Both the position numbers and the translations under genes were made by a program. The notes below the pieces were generated by a model. The model was not told where the DNA came from and did not search any database. It was given only the letters and a program-made list of their open reading frames with translations. Below, one piece after another: positions 25,289-34,615 of a stretch of DNA of 64,000 bases. Source of the stretch: Candidatus Nealsonbacteria bacterium (GTDB lineage Bacteria; Patescibacteriota; Minisyncoccia; Minisyncoccales; UBA6532); the NCBI GenBank assembly GCA_016186485.1, contig JACPLN010000005.1, positions 105,256 to 169,255 of the forward strand, given 5' to 3'. How positions within the stretch are numbered: position 1 is the first letter of the stretch; every line of letters starts with the position of its first letter.

Positions 25289-25354
25289 ATGCGAGCGCAC
25301 TTTATCGGCATCGGAGGAATCGGAGTGTCGGCCCAATGTGGTATATTTTTCTAA
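25289..25354 (+). pseudogene. Displaced relic of a murC 5' end (MRAHFIGIGGIGVSA then out-of-context tail)
   Basis: Nucleotides 25298..25332 match murC 26046..26080 at 29 of 35 positions. All 6 differences are synonymous third-codon positions. Homology ends at about 25334 and a stop follows at 25352-25354. Confidence 0.85.
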
Positions 25355-25380
25355 AGAGCGAGAAGAAAATAAAAACGGGT

Positions 25381-25974
25381 TCATTGAACCTTTTGAACCC
25401 GATAGCGTTTTATGTATAATTGGTGGCACGAGAGACTAAATCCCCCGATGAATATAGCAATGTCGCCAGGGCTTAGATAAACTGGAGATATCTGATCTCC
25501 TAACATTGGCAGGATGGCATCATCGGGGTTTGAGAGAAAGAGATGCCGTTCATAGACGACAGGCTCTGGGTATCCATCCATTATAACTGGCATATAGCCG
25601 TTGTTAACCGCAACAACAATCATATTACTAAGAATGCCAAAAGAGAGAATAATTAGACTAACTGCTAAAATTTTTCGCTTTCTATTTTGAACTGCTATAA
25701 TTAATAAAAAAGACGCGATTGATGTCCTAGTCATTAAAAATAGTAGATCTACTATATTGGACAGCAAGAACGAGAATATCATAATCAGAAATAAAATTCC
25801 GAGGAGTATCAGCACAAAAACCCTGATATGTTTTTGAAGTTTTTCAGCATTTCTTATCCAATATCTTTTCATTAAATCTTGAAGCAGTAATACCAGGCCT
25901 GGCCCAACTGACAGTATAATAAAGCAAGCAACATAATTACTCAACAGATAATCCAACGCAGTCTCAATTATCAA
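25381..25974 (-). CDS. Polytopic membrane protein, DUF5317-like (TTG start as drawn; start uncertain)
   Basis: NNGYMPV ... LGDQI ... SPGDIAIFIGG resembles my recollection of the DUF5317 pattern. The terminator hairpin GGGTTCA/TGAACCC overlaps its stop. Confidence 0.45.
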   Translation of the reverse strand: MIIETALDYLLSNYVACFIILSVGPGLVLLLQDLMKRYWIRNAEKLQKHIRVFVLILLGILFLIMIFSFLLSNIVDLLFLMTRTSIASFLLIIAVQNRKRKILAVSLIILSFGILSNMIVVAVNNGYMPVIMDGYPEPVVYERHLFLSNPDDAILPMLGDQISPVYLSPGDIAIFIGGFSLSCHQLYIKRYRVQKVQ

Positions 25975-25985
25975 GGGGCATCACT

Positions 25986-27365
25986 ATGCAAAGTAATAAC
26001 ATATTTAATAAAATAAGTCAATCCCAAAGAAGAAAACAAGGGGTCCATTTTATCGGCATTGGGGGCATTGGGGTGTCGGCTTTGGCGCAATATTACTTAG
26101 CAATGGGCCATAAAATTAGTGGTTCGGATTTAGCGTCTTCTGAAATTACCGAATTACTTAGAAAGAAGGGGGCTGAAATTTTTATAACAAATCCAAAATC
26201 CAAAATCCAAAATCCAAAATTACAATCAAAAATCAAAAATGCTGACTTGGTTATTTATAGTCCTGCGGTCAGAAAAGACCACCCAGAATTGTTAGCCGCT
26301 AGCCGCTATAAGCTAGAAACCATGTCGTATCCCCAGGCGTTAGGGGAGTTAACGAAAAAATATTTTACCATTGCTGTTTCCGGGACTCACGGCAAAAGCA
26401 CCACCACCGCCATGATTGCTTTGATTTTAGTTAAATCCGGCCTTGACCCCGCTGTAATCGTAGGAACAAAGCTTAAGGAGTTTGGCAACAGCAACTTTAG
26501 AACGGGAAAATCAAAGTATTTAGCGATAGAAGCAGATGAGCACATGGCTTCGTTTTTGAATTACTGGCCAAAAATTATTGTTTTGACAAACATTGATAAG
26601 GACCACCTGGATTACTATAAAAATTTAAAGAATATATTAAAAAGTTTCAAAAAATATGTCAGCCATCTGTCCAAAGACGGCGTTTTAGTAGCCAATAAAG
26701 ACGACATTAATATCTCAAAACTCAAAACTCAAATCTCAAAGCTGCAATTCAAAACTCAAAACTATTCTTTAAAACAAAGGGAGGCGAATATTTTAAGACG
26801 TATTCTGAAAATTCCGGGGGAGCATAATGTTTCCAACGCCTTGGCGGCTTTGACCACGGCAAGGGTTTTGTGTGTTCCAGACAAAATATCTTTTAAAGCG
26901 CTCTCAGAATTCAGGGGTTCCTGGCGCCGTTTTGAAGAGCGCCATATAACATGGAATAAAAAATACTTAACAATTGTTTCCGATTACGCGCATCATCCGA
27001 CAGAAGTTCTGGCCACCCTGAAAGCTGCCAGGAAAAAATATCCCAAAAAACGGATTTGGTGCGTTTTCCAGCCCCACCAATATCAGAGAACGCATTATTT
27101 GTTTAAAGATTTCATAAAAGTTTTTAAAGAAGCTCTTACATATATAGATAGAGTGATCATTACGGATATTTACGATGTAGCCGGCAGGGAAAATAAGGAG
27201 GTTAAGAAAAAAGTGAGCGGTAAAAAATTAGTTGAGGCGGTAAGAAAGCCTAAGGCAATCTATTTGCCTAAAGACAGCGTATTGGGATATGCAAAAGATA
27301 ATTTTCCAAATAGGGGAGTTCTTGTCATAATGGGCGCCGGCGATATTTATATGCTGGGTCGCTAG
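25986..27365 (+). CDS. murC: UDP-N-acetylmuramate--L-alanine ligase
   Basis: HFIGIGGIGVSALAQ, GTHGKSTTTAM, and the Mur ligase C-domain DYAHHPTE. Confidence 0.95.
   Translation: MQSNNIFNKISQSQRRKQGVHFIGIGGIGVSALAQYYLAMGHKISGSDLASSEITELLRKKGAEIFITNPKSKIQNPKLQSKIKNADLVIYSPAVRKDHPELLAASRYKLETMSYPQALGELTKKYFTIAVSGTHGKSTTTAMIALILVKSGLDPAVIVGTKLKEFGNSNFRTGKSKYLAIEADEHMASFLNYWPKIIVLTNIDKDHLDYYKNLKNILKSFKKYVSHLSKDGVLVANKDDINISKLKTQISKLQFKTQNYSLKQREANILRRILKIPGEHNVSNALAALTTARVLCVPDKISFKALSEFRGSWRRFEERHITWNKKYLTIVSDYAHHPTEVLATLKAARKKYPKKRIWCVFQPHQYQRTHYLFKDFIKVFKEALTYIDRVIITDIYDVAGRENKEVKKKVSGKKLVEAVRKPKAIYLPKDSVLGYAKDNFPNRGVLVIMGAGDIYMLGR
26191..26239 (+). repeat. Heptanucleotide tandem array (ATCCAAA x4, ATTACAA, TCAAAAA x2; 49 nt) inside murC
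   Basis: Read directly. It encodes NPKSKIQNPKLQSKIKN between the conserved EIFI and ADLVIYS blocks. Confidence 0.9.
26714..26762 (+). repeat. Second heptanucleotide array (CTCAAAA-type, 7 units, 49 nt) inside murC
   Basis: Read directly. It encodes SKLKTQISKLQFKTQN. Confidence 0.9.
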
Positions 27366-27451
27366 TGAACAAGCTGTGCAAAACTCAAATTGACGTAACC
27401 GTTGTACTAAACGAAAATGAATTAATAATAATTAAATAACATAAAATAAGT

Positions 27452-30400
27452 ATGCCATACAAAAGCATTAGCCGTTTTTTTAAAAAGGTTGCGGTTTTTT
27501 TTATCGCCATAGTTACAATTTTCGGCGTAACTAATCCTTTTTTGTTTTTGCCGAAAATTGTTTTTGCCCAAGATACCGTTCCTCCAAACATTAATCATTG
27601 GTCTGCTTGGCAGGCAGACGGCGACGCTGTTGTCACTACCACTCTTTATGTCCACGCTTTTGTAGGAGATAACACAGCTACACCCGGTTCCACTCTTGTG
27701 GTGTCAGCTCTTTCTAAGAGCGCGGGTTGGGGCGGTTTCTCAAGCAGCACTTGTTACGCCGAATACAGCGATACCAATCAGTTCAGGTGTCCGATTGGAA
27801 TACAGGGCGGTTCCGATGCCAGAACATTTAACTATTATTTAGAAGCTTTTGACGGTGAAAATAAGTCTTGGAGATCCTGGGCAACAGATACCAATAGTTT
27901 AAATAACGCCAAAAATTATCCTTTTCAAACAACAGTCTACAACGCTCCAAGCTGGACTAACGGTATTTCAGCCGAGGTTACAGACGGCCGGCATTACAAT
28001 TTTAGCCGAGGGATACAGGTCGCCACCTCAACCTTATATATTTCTTCCACCACCGACAGTACGGCCAACTTGGCGGTAAACGACTGGATAATTTTAAAGA
28101 GCACTACAGGGGCGTCTGAGCCAAAAGTAAAGATTCTGGCAATTAACGGTTTTGGCCAAACCGCTACGGAATACGAGGTTCAGATTTCAGGCTATACGCC
28201 TCACAACTTTACCACTTCTGATTATGTTAACGAATTCGTAGACAACGCTTTGGTTTTCATTGACGGCACAACGGCTTACGCTACCACCACAGCTGTCCAA
28301 GCCACCACTACTTTCGGCGCCATAAGTTTATACAATGTTCCTAACGGCAGTTTTGATGTGACTGCTTTTAAACAGGGTTACACAGAGCATAGGATTACTA
28401 ATGTTTATCTTTCCGGCACCTCAACTTCTACTTTAAGGTTTGTTTTGCCTTTTGGAGGTTTTCAGGGCGGAGCCAATCTTGGCGGAACTTCTGTCAGCTG
28501 GTCAGCTCCTTCAAATGGAATGACCGGAGCCCCGGCTAATATCGGTATCGCCCAACAGCCGATTTTAGTCGCTTTTTCCGGAAACGCTTCTTCCACTACC
28601 ATCAGTAAAAATAATATTACTTTGAAAGTTGCCAATCCCGACGGCACTTTTACTGCTTTTTCCGGATACTATAACGTGGCTTATGAAGCCCAAGGGACAA
28701 ATGTCAGCATTGGCGGCACAAATTATGATTTCGGGCCCGATGCCAAAGCCATTGTTTATTCTTCTACCACCTTGGCCACTTCCACGGGTTATGTTGTTCG
28801 TTTGAACAATAATGTTAAGGATGCCAACAATAGCCCCATAAATGGCAACGACCCCCAAGGCGGCCACACAGTCTTTTTCAGCACTTCTGGCGGATTTTTC
28901 TCCGGGGGGGCTGGAATTACTGTCGGCAATTTTGGCAGCGGAGGATCCTTTATGCCGCCTTTTGCGCTCAATGTGATGCCAAACTCTGGTTCGGTGAATG
29001 TTGCCAGAAACACTAAAATCGCTGTCCAGTTTGACCAGCCAATGTCAGCTTCATCTCTTTCTAGCAACATTGAATTAAAGGCCTTGAGTTCTACTTTCCA
29101 AGAAGGGGATTCGGTCACTTTTACAGCAGCGCTTTCTGACACCGATAAATCTCTTTTGATTATTACTCCTTCCAGCAATCTGGCAGCTAGCATCAGGTAT
29201 AAAGTTAAGCTTTTAGGCGGTTTGCAGTCTTCTTCCGGCGTGTCTATGGCTCCGCCGGGGTCTGCCTCAACGAAGATGTTTGAGTTTGAATTTACAACAG
29301 GCTCTTTAACAGATAGCGCAGCTCCAACGATTTTAGCTGCCGGCCTTGACAGATTTTTAGTCGGCTCAACCTACACTGGCGTGCCGGTTTCGGGTATTTT
29401 GAAAGTTTCTTTTTCAGAATCAATTGATCCTACGACGGTCAATGCGTCTAATGTTTACCTAAGAAGAAAGGGCAGTACAAGCAATATTTCTGGCGACGTA
29501 AAATACGATATTATGGAAGGCAAAGTGCTTTTGGCTCCTTCTACCGCCCTTAATGCCACCACCACCTATATTTTGACTTTGACAGGCTATATTAAAGATC
29601 TGACCGGCGCTCAAAACGCTTTGGCAACCACTACTTATGAGTTTACTACCGGAGGGGTTGACGTGACCGGCCCGGCCTTGTCATTCTTTAACGCTGACGA
29701 TTACTCTTTATCTTTGACCTTTGACGAGCCTATGAACTCTGCGGCCATCACGGACACTAATACCTGGCCGTCCGGCTCCACCAAATGGCAGACTTCCGTT
29801 TTGAATCCGTCAAACTACATAGTTTATGTTGATGACGGGGCTCCGACTACAGGTGCTTTTGCAAAGTATTTTAACGTTGACAGTTTGGCAAGTTCAAGCG
29901 CACCCTCGGTTACTTTGACATATGACTCCATGTTTAAGACTATAAAAATTAAAGGAATGCAGTTATTTGCGGGCTCTTCAGGAGTGAGCAGCGATTCAAG
30001 CAGAAGAGGGGCAAGGGTTTGGATAAAAAATGCAACTGATATTTCCGGAAATGTCATTCAGGCAAATGTCGGCCCTGACGCCGAAGCCGATAATTTTGGT
30101 TCAAATGCAGCTGGAGGACCTGTCAAGAATTCTCAGAGCACTTTCGGCCAAATGGGTCCTGGCGGAGGAATGTTTGCTCCGCCTTCTACAGCCGGCAGTT
30201 TCACTATTACCGATTTTGGCGGAAAGAACCCAGCAATGATGGGTATGATGCCTGTTGGTATTTGGCCTATGAATATGATGGCTGGCGCCACTTCAACTTA
30301 CATGATGGATATTCCCGTGTCTTCCGGCAAAGCCATTCCGGCTTCGGGGAAAATCGTTATTGGTCCTTTCCCTGACGAAGCCAATGTTTCTTTGGTTAGG

Positions 30401-33400
30401 GATGCCGATCCCAACAAGACATTTGCTCACAGGGATATTAATGGCCCGGGAACAGGCACGGTTACCATTGCCTCGGTTTCAGTTTCCGGCCAGACAGTTA
30501 CAGTAACTCTGGGTACTACCGGCACTCAAGCCCCAGACTTTATTCATTTGGAATTGGATAATATCAAGAATCCGACCACCCCTACCCAAAGCGGCTATAA
30601 GGTCAGCATCCAGACCCAGAAAGCTGACAGTACGGCCCTGGAATCTTTCACCTCAATGCCCTTCTTTATAACGCCAAAAGGGAAATACGTTATTATAGGC
30701 CATGTTACAGCAACAGATGTTGGGCTTAACGGAGTTCAGGTATTTGGCGGTTCTCCTTCAACCGGGCCTTTGTTTGCCAATTCCAGCAACAGCGCTTTCG
30801 GTTCTTCCACTGACGGCGAATTTAAAATTGAGGGATTAAATGCCGGAGACGTGATGTTAATGACAGAGCAGTCTATCACAATAGGCGCTGATGAATATAT
30901 AGCTTCTTTCCCGGAGCCCATCCATTTGGATGATAGCACCACTAATAATAATTCCGGAGCCGCCAAAGGTGGATTGACCGGCTGCACAAGCACCACCGCT
31001 TGTTATGGTTACAAAAAGATTACTCTGACTAGAGTGGCAGCGGGCACAACCCCGGGTTTAGTGGTTTATATTTACGGCAATTTTGCTACCACTACCGGGG
31101 CTGGTTATGCCACCATTGATATTTTTGCCGGCGGACAAAACGGTTTTAAAGTGAAAGAGGTGTCACTAAACGGCGATTATAGTTCTACTCCTTATTCCAC
31201 TTTGTTGAGTTTGCCTAATACCGGCAGCTATTTTGTCGGCATAGGGCCTGCTATGCCAAAAACAATGGGCAAGTCAGCTCCTCCAATGCCGACTACCTGG
31301 ATGCCGCCAAAACCGGTAAACGTCAATGTTTCTGGGTCTGGCGGAACTTGGACTTGGGTGGAATCTGACTCAGCCTCAACAGGGACATCAACCGCTGACG
31401 GCTTGGTAAAGTTTACTATTGTTTCAGCCAACAAAACCATTTCCGGCCACGTTTACGACACTTCCGGCAACGCTGTTACCAATGCCCAAGTTTTTGCTTA
31501 TTCTCCGAATGGTTCCTTTGGAAACAGCACGTATGTCGGGCAAAACGGATCATTTAGCCTTCAGGTTAGCACCGGATTTTACAAAATCGGCGCATTCTTG
31601 CCAGGCGCTCCTCCGACAAACGAAATCGGGGTGGAAGTTAAATCCAGTGCCGTTCTTGTTGATGGAATTACCACCACAGACGTTATCTTAAAGATTAGTA
31701 AGGACATACAGTCAGGCTATACTATTTCGGGCACTGTCTATTCGGACACAAGCTCCCAGTATCCGGCCTCAGACGCTTCTGTGTATGCTTACAGAACGGA
31801 TGGCCCGGGCAACACCGAAACAATGACGGATTCCAAAGGAACTTATACCCTTTATGTTGGTATCGGTACCTGGAAAGTGGGGGTTTTCCTTCCTTCTCAC
31901 GGAAAACTTACCGAACAGACGGTCAGTGTTTCTCCGTCAAAATCAGGCCTTAAGTTTACTCCGGATACAACGACCAATTATGTCACCATTAGAGAGAGGG
32001 TTTGGGAAGATCAGAATGACGACGGCGTTGTTGATTCTGGAGAAGGAATTGCCAAGGCGACAGTAACCTTTGTCGCCACCAGCACGGCCTATGTCAACAC
32101 GGCTGTTACCGATTCCAGCGGCGTTTATGAAATTAAGGTTCCCGCTACCACTACTTACGATATTTATGTTTGGTCGCCGGATATTGGCAATTTAGCGCCT
32201 CAAAAGAATACCATAGTTACCAGCACCAACATTATTTACACTTCTTTTTCTGACTATGCTGACATGAGAACGGAAAAAGCCACCACTGTTGAGTTTGGAA
32301 TATATGATTCCAACAATGTGGCTACAACCGTTGATAAATTACTTATTCAATTGGACAGGATAGGCGTGTTCGGGGTGAGCAACGACGTTTATAAAGAGAA
32401 AGTTGCCACTACTACTATTAGGGTTGCCACTAGTACCAGACCTTATATTCTGGATGCTAGAATAGAAGGCATTCCCAAGGGTTTGCTGACCTTTACTACT
32501 TTTGATGCCAATACCGCTTTAACAACCACGACAGTTGGCACCAAGAGATTTGCCACAACTACCGTTAATGATTATGAGAAGATAAAGATACTTCTGCCGC
32601 CGGTTAGCTATGTTTCTGGCCAGGTTAGAGACGATAGCGGCAATGGTATTTCCAATGCTGTCTTGCACATTGAACAGCCGGGAACCGATGTTGAGTTTGA
32701 TGTTGATACTGACAGTTCAGGCAACTATTCTTTCAGAGTGGCCTCAAGTACTACTCCTTACCTAATACAGGCAAACGTTTCAGGATATATAGATTCAGCT
32801 GATTCAGTTTATGCTTCAAGTACGTCTTTAACCTATAACCCGAGCGTCAAGAAAGCAAACTTTACAATTTCAGGACAGGTTACTATTAATGGGTCGGCTC
32901 CTTCCGGCACAAGCGTGTATGTTTGGGCGGAGAAGCTGGGCGGCGGATACGGGGCCACTGCCAAGGGAGATCCTTCTACAGGCGCCTACACTTTGTCTAT
33001 TACCGAAGGAAGTTGGGAGGTTGCTGCTTCCGCCGAAGGTTATTCGGCTTTAACTAAACCGGTTATTGTTGATGTTTCAGGAAACAATGTTTCTGGCATA
33101 GGCTTTGATATCGCTTCTGAAGCAACGACCCAAAAACCGCAGAACTTGAGCATGGCAGGAAATGTCGGAGGCACTGTTACCAACAAGGATTCCGGTTTTG
33201 AAATGTCAGTTCCGACGGGTACCATTTCTGCCTCAGACTCAAGCTCATACAATGTAAAGGAGAAAGAAGTTTCCAACATCCCGACCTATACTCCAACTGG
33301 TAATTTGGTCGGTAACACAGCAGAAGAGGTTTCTGCTTATAAGATGTCGGGGTCAGGAGGAAATGTCAGCACTGTTTCCGGGTTGAATGGTTCCGCGTTT

Positions 33401-34552
33401 GTTGATAAGACATTCACGGTAGCCCAATTGGCAACCGAGGGTATTACTACGACTGACCAGGCAGAAGAGGTAAAGATGGGAAGTTATGATACTTCCGCTC
33501 AAAACTGGACAATGATGCCAACTACAATTACTTATCTAAACAACGCCGACCAACCCATTGTGCCTACTTCAACAAATCTTTCGTTGGGCATTTCCAAAGT
33601 CGTCTTTAACGGCGTAACCAAGCACTTTTCAACCTTCGGTGTGATTAATTCTAAGTTTGACGGACTGGCTCCTTCAGCTCCCACTGGGGTTGCGGTAACA
33701 GTTTCCGGCAACCAGGCAACTGTTTCTTGGAACGCGGTTACTACAAATGCCGATGGCACTGCTGCCGGTGATCTGCAAAAGTATGCAATCTATAGGTCTT
33801 CAGGATCATCCGGTCCCTGGACAAAGATTACTACCGTACCGGTTGGCACCACTTCTTATACAGATACTTTGCCTTCAGGAGGTACTTCCTACTACAAAGT
33901 AACGGCTGATACCGGTTTGCAGTCTGATTTCTCAGGTTCTTCTGGCGGCGTCAGCCCTTCAAGCGGCGGATCAGAAAATATAGTTTCTACTCCTTCTTCT
34001 GGGGGCGGCGGGGTATCAACCCCTCCTCCGGCCTCTCCAGCCGCTCCTTCAGTTCCACCAGAAACGCCAAAGAAAATAGCTGAGGCTCCGGCAGCCCCAA
34101 AAGCAGAAGTAAAAGCCGAGAAAAAGCTTACCGTGACCTTTGACAAGCCAATCAGCAAGATGACAAAAGCAGAGATTCAGGTAAAAATAGCCGAAATTCT
34201 GGAGGTGATTAATAATTTGAAAGAAATGATTAAAGAGGTCGCAACATCTGTTATTGAAGGGATTCCTTCTGGATTCAAGTTTGAAAGGACTATAAAGCCA
34301 GGATCCGCAAGCGATGATGTAAAGTACATCCAGATTATTTTGAATTCTGACCCAGACACAAGAATATCGGGATCAGGCGCCGGCTCTCCGGGTAAAGAAA
34401 CGAATTACTTTGGATCCATAACCAAAGCCGCATTAATCAAATTCCAAGAAAAGTACGCTTCCAAGATTTTGGCTCCTTGGGGATTGATTAAAGGGACGGG
34501 AACTCTTGGAAATAACACTAGGGATAAATTGAACGAGATTATTGGTAAATAA
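27452..34552 (+). CDS. Giant (2366 aa) cell-surface protein: signal/anchor, Ig-like (SbsA/Big_5-like) domains, CarboxypepD_reg-like repeats, FN3, C-terminal peptidoglycan-binding domain
   Basis: N-terminal hydrophobic segment. Repeated ISG.V.D..G..V.NA.V.. motifs. FN3-like APSAPTGVAVTVSGNQATVSWNAV...YAIYRSS. C-terminal PG_binding_1-like DDVKYIQIILN...GSITKAALIKFQEKY. Thr/Ser/Gly-rich. Confidence 0.8.
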   Translation: MPYKSISRFFKKVAVFFIAIVTIFGVTNPFLFLPKIVFAQDTVPPNINHWSAWQADGDAVVTTTLYVHAFVGDNTATPGSTLVVSALSKSAGWGGFSSSTCYAEYSDTNQFRCPIGIQGGSDARTFNYYLEAFDGENKSWRSWATDTNSLNNAKNYPFQTTVYNAPSWTNGISAEVTDGRHYNFSRGIQVATSTLYISSTTDSTANLAVNDWIILKSTTGASEPKVKILAINGFGQTATEYEVQISGYTPHNFTTSDYVNEFVDNALVFIDGTTAYATTTAVQATTTFGAISLYNVPNGSFDVTAFKQGYTEHRITNVYLSGTSTSTLRFVLPFGGFQGGANLGGTSVSWSAPSNGMTGAPANIGIAQQPILVAFSGNASSTTISKNNITLKVANPDGTFTAFSGYYNVAYEAQGTNVSIGGTNYDFGPDAKAIVYSSTTLATSTGYVVRLNNNVKDANNSPINGNDPQGGHTVFFSTSGGFFSGGAGITVGNFGSGGSFMPPFALNVMPNSGSVNVARNTKIAVQFDQPMSASSLSSNIELKALSSTFQEGDSVTFTAALSDTDKSLLIITPSSNLAASIRYKVKLLGGLQSSSGVSMAPPGSASTKMFEFEFTTGSLTDSAAPTILAAGLDRFLVGSTYTGVPVSGILKVSFSESIDPTTVNASNVYLRRKGSTSNISGDVKYDIMEGKVLLAPSTALNATTTYILTLTGYIKDLTGAQNALATTTYEFTTGGVDVTGPALSFFNADDYSLSLTFDEPMNSAAITDTNTWPSGSTKWQTSVLNPSNYIVYVDDGAPTTGAFAKYFNVDSLASSSAPSVTLTYDSMFKTIKIKGMQLFAGSSGVSSDSSRRGARVWIKNATDISGNVIQANVGPDAEADNFGSNAAGGPVKNSQSTFGQMGPGGGMFAPPSTAGSFTITDFGGKNPAMMGMMPVGIWPMNMMAGATSTYMMDIPVSSGKAIPASGKIVIGPFPDEANVSLVRDADPNKTFAHRDINGPGTGTVTIASVSVSGQTVTVTLGTTGTQAPDFIHLELDNIKNPTTPTQSGYKVSIQTQKADSTALESFTSMPFFITPKGKYVIIGHVTATDVGLNGVQVFGGSPSTGPLFANSSNSAFGSSTDGEFKIEGLNAGDVMLMTEQSITIGADEYIASFPEPIHLDDSTTNNNSGAAKGGLTGCTSTTACYGYKKITLTRVAAGTTPGLVVYIYGNFATTTGAGYATIDIFAGGQNGFKVKEVSLNGDYSSTPYSTLLSLPNTGSYFVGIGPAMPKTMGKSAPPMPTTWMPPKPVNVNVSGSGGTWTWVESDSASTGTSTADGLVKFTIVSANKTISGHVYDTSGNAVTNAQVFAYSPNGSFGNSTYVGQNGSFSLQVSTGFYKIGAFLPGAPPTNEIGVEVKSSAVLVDGITTTDVILKISKDIQSGYTISGTVYSDTSSQYPASDASVYAYRTDGPGNTETMTDSKGTYTLYVGIGTWKVGVFLPSHGKLTEQTVSVSPSKSGLKFTPDTTTNYVTIRERVWEDQNDDGVVDSGEGIAKATVTFVATSTAYVNTAVTDSSGVYEIKVPATTTYDIYVWSPDIGNLAPQKNTIVTSTNIIYTSFSDYADMRTEKATTVEFGIYDSNNVATTVDKLLIQLDRIGVFGVSNDVYKEKVATTTIRVATSTRPYILDARIEGIPKGLLTFTTFDANTALTTTTVGTKRFATTTVNDYEKIKILLPPVSYVSGQVRDDSGNGISNAVLHIEQPGTDVEFDVDTDSSGNYSFRVASSTTPYLIQANVSGYIDSADSVYASSTSLTYNPSVKKANFTISGQVTINGSAPSGTSVYVWAEKLGGGYGATAKGDPSTGAYTLSITEGSWEVAASAEGYSALTKPVIVDVSGNNVSGIGFDIASEATTQKPQNLSMAGNVGGTVTNKDSGFEMSVPTGTISASDSSSYNVKEKEVSNIPTYTPTGNLVGNTAEEVSAYKMSGSGGNVSTVSGLNGSAFVDKTFTVAQLATEGITTTDQAEEVKMGSYDTSAQNWTMMPTTITYLNNADQPIVPTSTNLSLGISKVVFNGVTKHFSTFGVINSKFDGLAPSAPTGVAVTVSGNQATVSWNAVTTNADGTAAGDLQKYAIYRSSGSSGPWTKITTVPVGTTSYTDTLPSGGTSYYKVTADTGLQSDFSGSSGGVSPSSGGSENIVSTPSSGGGGVSTPPPASPAAPSVPPETPKKIAEAPAAPKAEVKAEKKLTVTFDKPISKMTKAEIQVKIAEILEVINNLKEMIKEVATSVIEGIPSGFKFERTIKPGSASDDVKYIQIILNSDPDTRISGSGAGSPGKETNYFGSITKAALIKFQEKYASKILAPWGLIKGTGTLGNNTRDKLNEIIGK

Positions 34553-34570
34553 CAGTCTCTCCTTGTGGAC

Positions 34571-34599
34571 GAAACCCCCGCCTAAATCGGCGGGGGTTT
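34571..34599 (+). terminator. Strong hairpin after the giant gene
   Basis: AAACCCCCGCC / GGCGGGGGTTT 11-bp stem. The T-tract is weak. Confidence 0.5.
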
Positions 34600-34615
34600 G
34601 TGTTATAATCTAGTA

